This document shows positions 1 through 11,400 of a DNA stretch of 64,000 bases, piece after piece; position 1 is the stretch's first letter; the number at the start of each line of letters is the position of its first letter. Below the pieces are notes generated by a model. The model worked only from the letters and a program-made list of their open reading frames with translations. It was not told the origin of the DNA and made no database searches. The stretch is from Marsupella aquatica. Lineage: Eukaryota > Plantae > Marchantiophyta. Location: positions 15,182,699-15,246,698 of the forward strand of contig OZ316894.1 of NCBI GenBank assembly GCA_973895155.1. Reading direction: 5' to 3'. The translations under genes and the position numbers were made by a program.

Positions 1-283
1 ATTAACTAAATTTTTTTTAAGTGCAGGAGGCAAAAAAAGGTATTATAAACTCATGTTTATAGAATATTCTTTAATATATACCTTTTATAAAGTAAAATAG
101 GTTATTAATATTAAAATTAAAAAATATTATTTGAATATTTTATTTATAAAAAAAGTCTATTTATATTAGGCTAGGATCGCACGTGGTACCCCAAAATATA
201 CACTTAGTTAACCCTCCGAGCAGATCCTCAATAATCAACGCTAGAGCTCCAACAATTCCCTTATGATTCAATCCTCCCATAAG

Positions 284-430
284 TGTTATAACCCATAATA
301 TGACTTAACCCTAGTATAGGATAGGTTAACATTAACCCAACCATGTTAACCCTTCTGGACTATATAAGTCCTTGGCATAATGGAAGTGAGTGGGGATTAT
401 TGACTACTATCATCTTGTGTATTCATAACA
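284..430 (+). repeat. 5' LTR (147 bp)
   Basis: TGTTATAACC...TTCATAACA; contains a TATATAAG box; matches 5930-6076. Confidence 0.97.
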
Positions 431-444
431 CGTTATCAGCGCGA
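431..444 (+). promoter_or_regulatory. Primer-binding site, half-tRNA-Ile type
   Basis: CGTTATCAGCGCGA directly after the LTR; one base from the CGTTATCAGCACGA PBS of Bianca elements, which is complementary to the anticodon arm of tRNA-Ile. Confidence 0.75.
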
Positions 445-977
445 CTTGCTCAATTACATTTTTTTTTACATGTGCTCCCTCCCCAAAATCTGACAACTAA
501 ATAGATCGAGGTCCACACAAAGAAAACAACACAATGTTGTGTGTTTTTTGCTCTAATGGAGAGAATAACCGCCTAACTACCTCCCGAGAATAGAAAAAAC
601 AAGCTTATGATCGAAGAACAAAGAACTGGCTATAGAGCGTCGAGCCTAATCACGAGCGAAGATTCTCAACCTTGAACGAAGGAGACAACGCGACGAGACG
701 CGAAAAACAAAATAAAAGACATTGGCGAAAACTGAAAACTTTGAGGACCGCACACAAGGACATACGAACGAACTCCATCGGGGACAATTTGGATGCGATC
801 CAAGGGGCAGATGAGTCCCGTGCCTTGAGCGAAAGGATCGCTATCGTTTCTCTTTCTTTTGGTTAACTTGATCCATCACAACAGCCGATCGATCGGGCGG
901 GACAAGGCGAAAGTCATAGGCATTTGATACAAAGGAACACCATATATTTATAAGGCCCAAAATCAGGCGAAATAGAC

Positions 978-3900
978 ATGGCAACATTGGAGAAGTTACA
1001 TTTCCCAGCCCTACTAGTAGACGGCAGCAACTACTTGACATGGGCCGTAGATGCGGAAACATACTTCGCATCGTTGGAGCTTGAAGATACATTAATCACA
1101 GACCAAAATCTGACTCTACAACAGAAGGCCAAGGCCGTGTTCCTTTTGCGCCAGCACTTGGTTCCCTCACTAAAATCCCAATACATGAACGAAGTCAATC
1201 CACGACTCCTGTGGGACAAGTTAAAGGCCCGATTCGACCATATGCGCGAAATATGGCTTCCTGAGGCTCGCCGCGATTGGTACAACCTACGAGTGATGGA
1301 TCATACTTCCATTGCTAACTACAACAGCGCTCTATTTAAAATTACCTCTCAACTAGAACTCTGCGGCCATCCAGTCCCAGACGCAGATAAGATCGACAAG
1401 ACACTGAGTACATTCCCCGAATCAAACATTGCACTCGGTACACAGTACCGAAATATGCAATTCACCACATATTCAGATCTTATCGCACATTTACTTGTAG
1501 AAGAGAAGCAACAGGTGGTCGCCATGCAAAACGCCCGAAAAAGACCTGCGGGAACAGAACCACCACCACACAAACCAGAGATAAATTACTATCAGCGAGA
1601 TAACATGGGACGAGGCCGACCAAGAGGCAGAGGCGGATACCAAGGCAGAGGTAGAAACCAATCCTACAGAGGTCGAGGATATCGACAATCATACAACACA
1701 AGAGGCAGGGGAGTAGGCGGCAGAGGCAGGATGAGTGATAATGCATCGGACAACACCAAAGATGACAGGATGTGCTACCGATGCGGAAAAATAGGACACC
1801 TGAAGAAAAATTGTTGGGCATCGGACCAAATAGCCAGGAAACATACAGAATCAAGAGCTAGACTCAAACAAAACCCAGCAGGGAACTACATGGAGCTAGA
1901 AGAAGCAATAGCCACCTACAAAGACCCCGAACAACCTCATGAAGTGGAGACCCACATAGTAACTCCAGCAAGAGGACCCTACACACTACAAGACCCCAAT
2001 CTGGGCATAATTGACAGCGGTACGTCTCATACAATACTAAAGGACAAGAAATATTTCCACTCAATTACCCCATCAGCCCGGCATATGACCACCATTTCAG
2101 GCACAAACCAGATTGAGGAGGGTAAAGGCACAGCCACGGTAATATTCCCAGGAGGCACTGCACTCGCCATCGAAGCAGCGATATTCGCCCCGCGAGCTAC
2201 AAGGAACCTCATCAGCTTCCGAGACATAGTCGCAAATAAATATCAACTGCGCACAGTGAAAACAGACGAGGAAGATACCCTCCAAATCGTGGAGGTTACC
2301 GAACAAGGTATACATATTAAAGAAACCTTACCCCTTATACCACCAGGCCTCTACGCAACTCAAATTCAAGCTCACTATGTCACTGCAGACTTACCTGATA
2401 TCACATACTTATGGCACTGTCGACTGGGACACCCCGGAGTAAACATGTACCGCAGAATTATTCATGACTCCCGTGGAATCCCCCAAGGAGTCAACCCATC
2501 AACAAAACAAAGGCAATGCCTGGCGTGCTCTCAGGGGAAGCTGATTACACGCCCACAAATACAGAAGACAATCTATGCCATCCCGAACTTCCTGGAACAC
2601 CTGAACGCAGATGTATGCGGCCCGATCCACCCACCAAGTGGACCGTTTAAGTATTTCCTGGCCATCATCGACTCTTCGACCAAATGGCTGCAAGTATCTC
2701 TACTCTCTACACGCAACTTGGTCTTCGCTAGGATACTGGCCAACATTCTAAAGCTTAAAGCACAATTCCCAGAACATCCAATTCGGAAACTGAGAGTGGA
2801 TGGTGCAGGGGAATTCACCTCAAAAGCATTCGATGAGTTTTGCTGGGCAGCGGGCATTGACACTGAATACTCAGTCCCATATGTCCATTTCCAAAACGGA
2901 ATGGCAGAATCCGTTATCAAGCGTATACAGATGATAACCAGACCCCTGTTAATGAATTCAAAGTTACCCCTATCCACATGGGGACACGCAGTCCTCCATG
3001 CTGCCACACTGCTTCAATACAGACCATCGGCGTTCAACACAAAGACTCCACACCACTTAGCGTTCGGACTACCTCCAGACCTGTCACACCTGCGGGTATT
3101 TGGATGCAAAGTCATGGTCCCAATACTGGGACCCAAGCGTACAAAAATCGGACCTCAAAGACAAGAAGGAATCTACATCGGAAATGACTCATCCTCGATC
3201 ATTCGCTACCTGGAACCGACAACAGCCGATGTGTTTAAGGCCAGACATACAGATTGTCATTTTTACGAAGACACTTTTCCCACCCTAAGCATAGACAAAC
3301 AAATGACAGGGGACTTGCACCCACACCAGATCAACTGGAACAGCAGAAACTTACTCAACCAGGACCCGAGGACGAAACAAACGGATGCAGAAGTTAGACG
3401 ATTACTCCACCTCCACGAGATGCTGGATAAGATCCCAGATGCATTTAATGATGCAGCAAATGTTACAAAATCCCACAACGAGGCAACCAATGTACCAGCC
3501 AGAGTACAAATGAATACTCCTCCAGCAACAGTAGCTGCCCCTAAGGCGAAAAGAGGTAGGCCACCAGGATCACATGATACCCGACCCCGCCAAAGACGCC
3601 CCCATCAGGTAATTCCTGAAACTACTTTTCACTTCATTAATAATGAATCCGAGACACCAGACATATCGGGTAATGAGGAGATGTCAATTCAGTATAAGCA
3701 TACAGGACAAATTTACACGAGACAAAACACTACTGTCGACGAACAATTTGCTTACCATATAGCTCAAGAAATAACCAATGATACTTCGGACCCTTTAACA
3801 ATCAAAGAAGCACAAACAAGGTCAGATTGGCCACACTGGAAAGAGGCCATTGACACAGAAATGGATGCACTAATCCGTCGACAAGTCTTCGGACCAGTCA

Positions 3901-5591
3901 AACAAGTTGATCCTAACAATGACTATACAGACAGCCGATTTACGTTCATTAAAAAGCGAAATGCAAAAGGTGATGTTATCAGATACAGAGCGCGATTAGT
4001 AGCAAAAGGATACACCCAGATCCCAGGCAGGGACTATGATCTAACATATTCACCAGTAATGGACGTGACGACATTCAGGTATTTAATTGCTTTCTCTCGC
4101 AAACACCAATTATGCAATATCCTTATGGACGTAGTAACGGCATACCTATATGGAGTCTTAGACTCCGAAATTCATATGAAAGCACCAAAGGAATTACTCG
4201 AAAGAGTGGCAGAACACATTCAGGGGAAGCAATACCCGAACCTGAGCAAGGATATGAAGTCGGGAATTGACCAGATTATCCCTAATGATGATTGTAAAGG
4301 CCTTGTGTTGAGCAGTGGCAACACACAGAAAGCACCACTCCAGTACCCCGGAAAACGAAGGACTGGACAGCAGGCATTTGCTGTGCAAGTATTGAAATCC
4401 ATAAACGGCCTGAAACAAAGCGGCCGTATATGGTACCAGAAATTTAAAACCGAAATACAAGCACTCGGATTTATTACAGAAGACATAGCGCCCTGTATAT
4501 TCATCAAAAGAGTAGACACAGAGTTCGTCGTGTTAGCGCTATATGTCGATGACATTAATCTTTTCGGTACACAACGACTATTACGACAAACAATCAACAC
4601 AATGAAGGGCATTTTCGAGATGAAAGAACTGGGAGAACCGACTTACTGCCTCGGCCTTCAGTTCGATCACCTACAGACAGGCACATTCATTAGCCAGTCT
4701 ACCTATACAAACAAAATCCTCCAACAATTCAATATGCAAAAGGCATACCCGGTATCAACACCAATGGAGCTGAGATCCTTAGACACTGCGAAGGACATGT
4801 TCAGGCAAAGACAGGACAACGAACCAATACTAGATTCAGATAAGCCATACTTATCGGCTATCGGAGCCCTCCTTTACCTGGCCAACAACACCCGACCGGA
4901 TATATCCTTTGCAGTGAGCCTCCTCGCACGACATAGCGCGCACCCGACAATACGCCACTGGAACGGCATAAAACGAGTATTCCGATACCTCCAAGGAACA
5001 ATTGACATGGGACTATTCTTCCCCAACGAAAGCGAGGATGAACTTACAGGATACGCGGACGCTGGATACCTCTCAGACCCCCAAGATTCAAAGTCGCAGA
5101 CAGGATACGTCTTCTTGCAGGGTAAAACCGCCATATCTTGGAGAAGCACGAAGCAGAGCCTAACCACAACGTCATCGAATCACGCCGAAGTAATTGCCCT
5201 CTATGAGGCATGCCGCGAAGCGATTTGGCTCCGTAGTATAATCACACATATACTCAAACAGACAGGAAAAACCTTACTCACAAATCCAACCACCATCTAC
5301 GAGGACAATAGGGCATGCGTCGACCAGATAGTTACAGGCTACATGAAGACCGATCGAACCAAGCACATAGACCCGAAATTTTTCTTTACGCACGAACACA
5401 GCGGAAAGCAAATACAAGTAAAGTGGATAAGCTCACAAGACAATTGCGCCGACCTCTTCACCAAGCCGCTACCAGCGACTACACATCGAAAGCACGTCAG
5501 CGCCATTGGAATGCATCGTCTCTCCTCCCTAACCTCCTCGACTAACGACAACTCCCGACACGAACACACAGCCAACGCAAAATCGAAGTAG
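978..5591 (+). CDS. Copia Gag-Pol polyprotein, 1537 aa (Gag-PR-IN-RT-RH)
   Basis: CCHC knuckle CYRCGKIGHLKKNC; protease IIDSGTSHTI; integrase WHCRLGHPG, ADVCGP, RVDGAGEF, QNGMAE; RT RYRARLVAKG and LYVDD; RNase H GYADA, IYEDN, ADLFTKPL. Confidence 0.97.
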   Translation: MATLEKLHFPALLVDGSNYLTWAVDAETYFASLELEDTLITDQNLTLQQKAKAVFLLRQHLVPSLKSQYMNEVNPRLLWDKLKARFDHMREIWLPEARRDWYNLRVMDHTSIANYNSALFKITSQLELCGHPVPDADKIDKTLSTFPESNIALGTQYRNMQFTTYSDLIAHLLVEEKQQVVAMQNARKRPAGTEPPPHKPEINYYQRDNMGRGRPRGRGGYQGRGRNQSYRGRGYRQSYNTRGRGVGGRGRMSDNASDNTKDDRMCYRCGKIGHLKKNCWASDQIARKHTESRARLKQNPAGNYMELEEAIATYKDPEQPHEVETHIVTPARGPYTLQDPNLGIIDSGTSHTILKDKKYFHSITPSARHMTTISGTNQIEEGKGTATVIFPGGTALAIEAAIFAPRATRNLISFRDIVANKYQLRTVKTDEEDTLQIVEVTEQGIHIKETLPLIPPGLYATQIQAHYVTADLPDITYLWHCRLGHPGVNMYRRIIHDSRGIPQGVNPSTKQRQCLACSQGKLITRPQIQKTIYAIPNFLEHLNADVCGPIHPPSGPFKYFLAIIDSSTKWLQVSLLSTRNLVFARILANILKLKAQFPEHPIRKLRVDGAGEFTSKAFDEFCWAAGIDTEYSVPYVHFQNGMAESVIKRIQMITRPLLMNSKLPLSTWGHAVLHAATLLQYRPSAFNTKTPHHLAFGLPPDLSHLRVFGCKVMVPILGPKRTKIGPQRQEGIYIGNDSSSIIRYLEPTTADVFKARHTDCHFYEDTFPTLSIDKQMTGDLHPHQINWNSRNLLNQDPRTKQTDAEVRRLLHLHEMLDKIPDAFNDAANVTKSHNEATNVPARVQMNTPPATVAAPKAKRGRPPGSHDTRPRQRRPHQVIPETTFHFINNESETPDISGNEEMSIQYKHTGQIYTRQNTTVDEQFAYHIAQEITNDTSDPLTIKEAQTRSDWPHWKEAIDTEMDALIRRQVFGPVKQVDPNNDYTDSRFTFIKKRNAKGDVIRYRARLVAKGYTQIPGRDYDLTYSPVMDVTTFRYLIAFSRKHQLCNILMDVVTAYLYGVLDSEIHMKAPKELLERVAEHIQGKQYPNLSKDMKSGIDQIIPNDDCKGLVLSSGNTQKAPLQYPGKRRTGQQAFAVQVLKSINGLKQSGRIWYQKFKTEIQALGFITEDIAPCIFIKRVDTEFVVLALYVDDINLFGTQRLLRQTINTMKGIFEMKELGEPTYCLGLQFDHLQTGTFISQSTYTNKILQQFNMQKAYPVSTPMELRSLDTAKDMFRQRQDNEPILDSDKPYLSAIGALLYLANNTRPDISFAVSLLARHSAHPTIRHWNGIKRVFRYLQGTIDMGLFFPNESEDELTGYADAGYLSDPQDSKSQTGYVFLQGKTAISWRSTKQSLTTTSSNHAEVIALYEACREAIWLRSIITHILKQTGKTLLTNPTTIYEDNRACVDQIVTGYMKTDRTKHIDPKFFFTHEHSGKQIQVKWISSQDNCADLFTKPLPATTHRKHVSAIGMHRLSSLTSSTNDNSRHEHTANAKSK

Positions 5592-5920
5592 AACCTCGAC
5601 AAACTACTAAATCGTAGTATCTAACGAACAGTTTACAGAGAGACACATGTTCCCCCATCATGAATACAATACTACCCCGACTAGAGTAACAAATAAACGC
5701 TTACTTACTATTAGCCCACTGGCTTAGACAGTAATAGGCTACTTTTAGACTTAGAGCATACACATTAGAGACTTTCTGAATTAGGGACCACAAATTGTAA
5801 TGATGGTAGTACTCTTCCTTGAGAGGAAAGCAGCAAGGTTTGATGAGGCTACATCATAAGTGACTCCCACTTTTAAACTAGGGTTAAATGTGTGGTTCCT
5901 TGACACCCGTCCAAGTAACC

Positions 5921-5929
5921 AAGGGGAAG
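5921..5929 (+). promoter_or_regulatory. Polypurine tract
   Basis: AAGGGGAAG immediately before the 3' LTR. Confidence 0.85.
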
Positions 5930-6076
5930 TGTTATAACCCATAATATGACTTAACCCTAGTATAGGATAGGTTAACATTAACCCAACCATGTTAACCCTT
6001 CTGGACTATATAAGTCCTTGGCATAATGGAAGTGAGTGGGGATTATTGACTACTATCATCTTGTGTATTCATAACA
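5930..6076 (+). repeat. 3' LTR (147 bp)
   Basis: Identical to 284-430; followed by TSD ATAAG. Confidence 0.97.
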
Positions 6077-6978
6077 ATAAGCACTTTTTGTAATGCATCT
6101 GCTCGTCTCTTATGCTTATCTCCATCCTTGAATCTTTTTGCGACTAAGGTCATGTTCACCGAAATGAGAGGACAATCTAATATACAACAAGTATACACCT
6201 CTCCTTTGACACCTTTCACGATGCAATGTGCATTTTGCACCTGCTTAGGCTTAAGGAAATGGATACTCCTGACCTCCGGAACTACACATGATGTATGTGT
6301 CCATTTTCAACCACTTTTGATGCTCACATCCCCAAATTGCATAATCTGGTTTGCATATTTTACATTGCTATCAAATTTTGCCATTGCCAGCTCTTTATTT
6401 CACTTTACTAGCAATTCTCTCTTTTGTCTGTACATCCCGAGGTTTCCAAGCAATGTAGTGTCACCCTCCACCACTTTGGCTGCCAAATTATCCCAAACAT
6501 GCTTCTCCAAGTTGAGTGCCAAATTTTCAAGAAATCCTCTCGGTTTCTCAGTTTCATCTTGAAATAACTTCATTTGCTCTTGTGTGAAATTGTCCTCATT
6601 CTTTACTCTTTCCCGCATACAACGGGTTATCTCACCAAGAAAGTTTTTGTATCCTTTTTGTCCTTGTCTCGTGAACTCCCTCTCAAACCTGTCCACCCCA
6701 TATTGCTTTGGTTGAGTGTAGCGATATAGTATCTCTTTTCATATCGCCACTACCACATTGTGTCAAACCTATTTTGCCTCATCATTTGTCCCCCTTTGTT
6801 TTTGCTTCCCAGTCACTTTGCTAGAATCTCTAGCATGCTCTAGAGTGTTTCGAGCACTCTTGAGTGTGTCCAGAGCAACAAGATTTGGCTCATATCCCAG
6901 GTTAAGATATCTTGTAATCACCTCCAACACTTGCCTATACTCTACACTAAAATTATGGGGGCCATGTTTTCCCTTCAC
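6077..6978 (-). pseudogene. Degenerate protein-kinase-like gene interrupted by the Copia; continues at 283-161
   Basis: Removing the Copia restores IVKGVKGEVYTC...LVAKRF...ADALQKVL-MGGLNHKGIVGALAL, resembling kinase subdomains I-IV; upstream exon-like ORFs at 6400-6696 and 6769-6978. Confidence 0.55.
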
Positions 6979-7849
6979 CGGACGGATATGTGAGGAAGGA
7001 ACAAAAGCTTACCGGGATTTAAAAAAACCTTCCAATAAGGCTTCCACAACCACCCTGAAAATCATAAGTCGTATTGTTATTATTTATTCCTGGTGTTTCC
7101 GCAACGCCTTCTATATTTTTATTGCGCACATCATTTTTATTACCTTTGAATATAACAACAATAAAAGAGACAGACAACATTTGTGAAATATCGGAGACCG
7201 AGCCACCCCTCAAGGCATGCACACAAAAGTGTTATTTTCTTTGAAAGTTGTTATATTCTTACTTTGACGTATGTGATATGGCGTCTACAATTTAGCACTC
7301 ATTTGCCGATCAAGTGAAAACACTCTCGACGACTCGTGGTATCCATGCAAAATATCATAGACCAAGCCGAAACTCTAAGCATGTGCACATGGATTCCTCT
7401 ATCTCCACAAGCGTTTCACTCAATGGACAAAGGATACTAAATTATTAAGGTGACATTAAGAAGTTCTTGTACAAAATATCGCAAACCGAGCCGAGACTCA
7501 AAGCATGCATGTACAAGTATTCCTTTATATCCCTCCATTTGGCACTAGGGTTATTAAAAATGAAAACCACGCACAAAAACAACCTTAAAACTTAAATGAA
7601 ACCGCACCAAAGCAAAACACAAATACCAAAACAAAAACACCAAAACAAAACAAAAGCGCTTACCTTAACTCCTCCACTCTACCTCTCCTCCTCTCCCTCC
7701 TTCCACTCTCGCTCCTCCCCCCTCCACTTTCTCTTCCACCTGAAAAATGAGAAATGATGAGTGAAGGGGGAACTCCTCCTCCTTTTATCCCCTCTCCCCC
7801 CGGTCCCCACCCTCCCGACTCTTCCTCGGCTCGAACCCTAATCCTGCAG

Positions 7850-8052
7850 CCACCGCGACCCAGCCCCTACCCGGCCCACTCTCGAGCCGATCCCCGACCC
7901 GGCCCCCTACTCAGCCCACTCCCAAGCCAAGCCCCTATCCACCTCCCACCCTGGACCCGGCCCCCTACCCGGCCCACTCCCAAGCCGAGCCCCTAGCTAC
8001 CCACCTCCCACCCCGGACCCGGCCCCCTACCCAGCCCACTCCCGAGCTGAGC
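7850..8052. repeat. C-rich degenerate tandem repeat (~57-61 bp unit), split by the MULE; continues at 18791-18925
   Basis: Repeated CCCGGCCCCCTACCCRGCCCACTCCCRAGCCGAGCCCC..CCACCTCCCACCCCGGA; the unit resumes in register after 18791. Confidence 0.8.
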
Positions 8053-8418
8053 AAGGAATTTTACGGTGCGAGCAAACATGAGTTTTTGCTAGCGAGGCAG
8101 CATTGTTAGCAAGGCACATTTTATGGTCGAATTCACAACACATTACTGGAAAAAATGACCAAATTTCATTGTTTTCCCTCTCTCAAAGTAATGAAAGTGT
8201 TATAACTACGGAAATTCATGCATGATTGTCATATGCTTTCCATACTTGACTCTGTGCACAACGATATTGGTAAACAATAACCGAATAGTAGGCACTTTCA
8301 TGAGAACATGGTCATTCTTTATACATTGAAAGTATGGATATCCAAAAACCGGCACACAGAAAAAACTATAAGAGTCGATGGTAAGCAGTACAGCCAGTTT
8401 AACACTGAAGCTATTGCA

Positions 8419-11400
8419 TTAGTCATAAACCTCATCTTCTGAATCATCAGATATTGAACTTCTATTGGGATCGCTACTGGTCTCCCTCTCAGTAGACTCG
8501 GCAGACTCATCTAAATACTGGCTAACTATCCCCACTTCATTGTCAATAAACCTTGAACAATCCAGATATCTACGAGCTCCTCTGATTGAGCGAAGCCCTT
8601 TCGCCTCCCAGGTCAAGACCACAGGAGCGTCATCAACCTCCTTCGTCGACTTCTCAGCATAGCACGGAAGAGTGAAAGGCTTCTCTGGAGTAACCACGAT
8701 GGATTCCTCCACTTCCTTTCGAAGATAAAATCTCTCCTCAGAAAACCAATCCACCCTCCTATCACTGAAGCAACCACCGGCATCAGTTGAGGAAGAGCAA
8801 CAAAATGAATAAAACAAAAGAAACCAAATTGGGAGTCCGACACCAGAAGAGGCCAAGTACTTTACTCGAGGTCGAATTTGTCTTTCTCGCTTGAAGGTCC
8901 AGCCTGTTCATCTCCTGGTATCGTGAACTCATCATCAGACCCAGCATCCTGATTACCCTTCTTTTCCTGATCTTTAATCATCTTGGACTTGCTAGAGTTC
9001 CAGAACGCTTGTTAAACCTTTCTGAGCACAGGAATGGAGAATGTCCCTGTCCTCAACACCAACAACGAACCGACCGGAGTATTCCCCTGCGGAAAATGAG
9101 CTTCCATCGCACATAGTCCAGTCAAGGACGATATCTCTCGGCTTCATGAGAAACTCCATTACGGCTTGCATGAAGCCAATTGATAGCCTTTTTGATCCAG
9201 CAACGGCCGCTGTTGGACAGGGGACAATCTTTGGGTAATAGACGCTCAACATTGATTTATGCCTGGCATCTTCCAAAGAAGTCAAAGGAACATAAGCAGG
9301 GTCTTTGGGAATTTTTGCATTAAATTCCACTCAACAAAAGACGTATAGAATGAGAGTGCACACTTGAAGGAAGAATGACATTCTATTAGAAAAGCCTGGA
9401 AACTTTGTTAGCGAGATTGCTAGCAAAAATTCAAAGATGGAAATGAACCTTTCAAAGTGAAAATGACAAGATGTTTGTTAGCAACATCGCTAGCATAAAC
9501 CGCATCAAAAATATCTATATAATATGTACCTCAATATCCATATCGGCTCTCCATAAAGGAGTGGATAATAAAATTGTATATTGTTGTACGTGTTTGAATT
9601 TGTTTTTTTGCTCCACCACAGTAAATATTTGCCGCATGTGATTGAAATCCAAGCTATGAAACACAGCCACATATCCTTTGTTCGAAAGCATGGGTCTCAT
9701 GACTCCAAAAAAGTAATAAGGAAGCTTCTCGCTCCACACATTCCAGGACGGGACCTCTTTGTCTGTAATGCATGTTCTATGCCCTGTTGGAAGAGAAATG
9801 AATCCCAAATGTGCTCCAATCCCAGCATATGGCTTGCCGTTAATGATGACAAGGTTTGGGCATTCGACGCTCTTGGACATCCCAGCAATCCATCGATCTC
9901 CATCTCCCATCCAAGATGGCCTTACTTTCTTTACGGTGATAGAATTTGCAGTGTCGGTTAAATTACTGCGAGCAAGGAAATGTCTCTGGCCATCCATCTT
10001 CAACCCACACATCCGAGCGACGCCTGAGCAACTGAAACTTCATCATCGTCCAAATCCGATAGAATCTGGACATTCCTCTTTCGTTTCAGAAGCTTTATAC
10101 TTCCCAAATCCACTGCGCTCTTTGTTGTTACTTCAACATCTGGGGACTGAGGTTCCTCTCCATCATCTGCCCCGCTCTTCAAACTCTCAGAAGCAGTACC
10201 CTTCCTCCTCTCTGTCAAAAAATAGCTATTAAAATCTGTCTCTTCAGAAACACATAAGATCGTGAAAAGAAAATGAAACAAAACATTAACACACTTACTT
10301 GGCTTTCCCGATATTTGGGACCCATCTTTGGATGTGTCTTTCACTGCACCTTTCCTTGGCTTCCTAGACCGACTCCTATCCACTATTGCAGCTACACCAA
10401 GACAAGCCTTTTCCATAGCCTCGCAACCACCAACTTCAGCGTCAGTGGGTGCCAATTTGGACTCCAAGATGTAAGACTCCGGAAGGAATCCACGATTGAT
10501 CATATGAAGAGCGGCTTTCTCTGCAGTGTCAAAGGTGACAGACCACTTGTCTGAGTCCAAATACCATGGACAGTGAAGAATCTCCCACTCGCTCAATCTC
10601 CTCAAAGCCTCACATCCCTCACAAGGAAACATAGAATAATCCCCAAATTTGTCACCTGTAGGATCCTCTTTAACTCCTGCAATCCATGGGGAGAAGCAAG
10701 CTGGGTAGGACCACCAGTAGAATTTGTTTGCTACTTCTCTGTCTACAAAAAATTGATATGTGTATCTCTTTGCTCTCCTTTGGAACAATGCAATCTCGAA
10801 CTTCTCTCATGTCTTGGGAGGCCAAATCTGCTTGAAGAAACGAGTCTTCACACGAGTCTGGAAATCCTCAAAATCCTCCTCAATGTCAAGGATGAGCGAA
10901 GCTTTGGTCTTTTCTGAAGAACTAAGGATCTGGGACTCTGGGACAGTAGGCATAACCTCAGACACAATTTCAGACATGAGGGAAGACGCAATTGACTCGA
11001 CTTGCTCCCACACTGCCCAACGGTGAAGCCAAAGCTTCGTTTCACTATCTGAAAATTGACCAAGATGAAAGAACTTCTTTCGAAGCTCTGGACATACGAC
11101 ACTGCGCTTCCAGGAGTGTACATCGGAGTTCTGGGGATAAGGACATCATCCCTGTGAACAATCGAGCTCGATGAAGACCACAAGAAACATTTCCTCATCC
11201 TTTGTCATCAGTTCTCTGGGCCTCCTTTCTCTCATTCTCGTAGTAGTTATGCATTTCTACACATTTCTTGAAAAAGTCTCCAAATTCTGGATTCAATAAT
11301 GGACCGATCTTAGGAACTTTCACATTCCAATCAGCCAATTGCTCCTTCATCATCTCCCGCATTGCTAAGTCTTGTGAGGCCTTCGACAGGGGCTCCCCTT

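Larger units (their letters stand above)
284..6076 (+). mobile_element. Intact Ty1/copia LTR retrotransposon, Bianca-like lineage
   Basis: Two 147-bp TG...CA LTRs, identical by eye; 5-bp TSD ATAAG (279-283 and 6077-6081); PBS, PPT and a single uninterrupted gag-pol ORF. Confidence 0.97.

Noticed and set aside
1031-5602. Many short antisense or overlapping ORFs in the Copia (and likewise in elements A and B)
   Set aside because: Shadows of the main frame with no independent motifs
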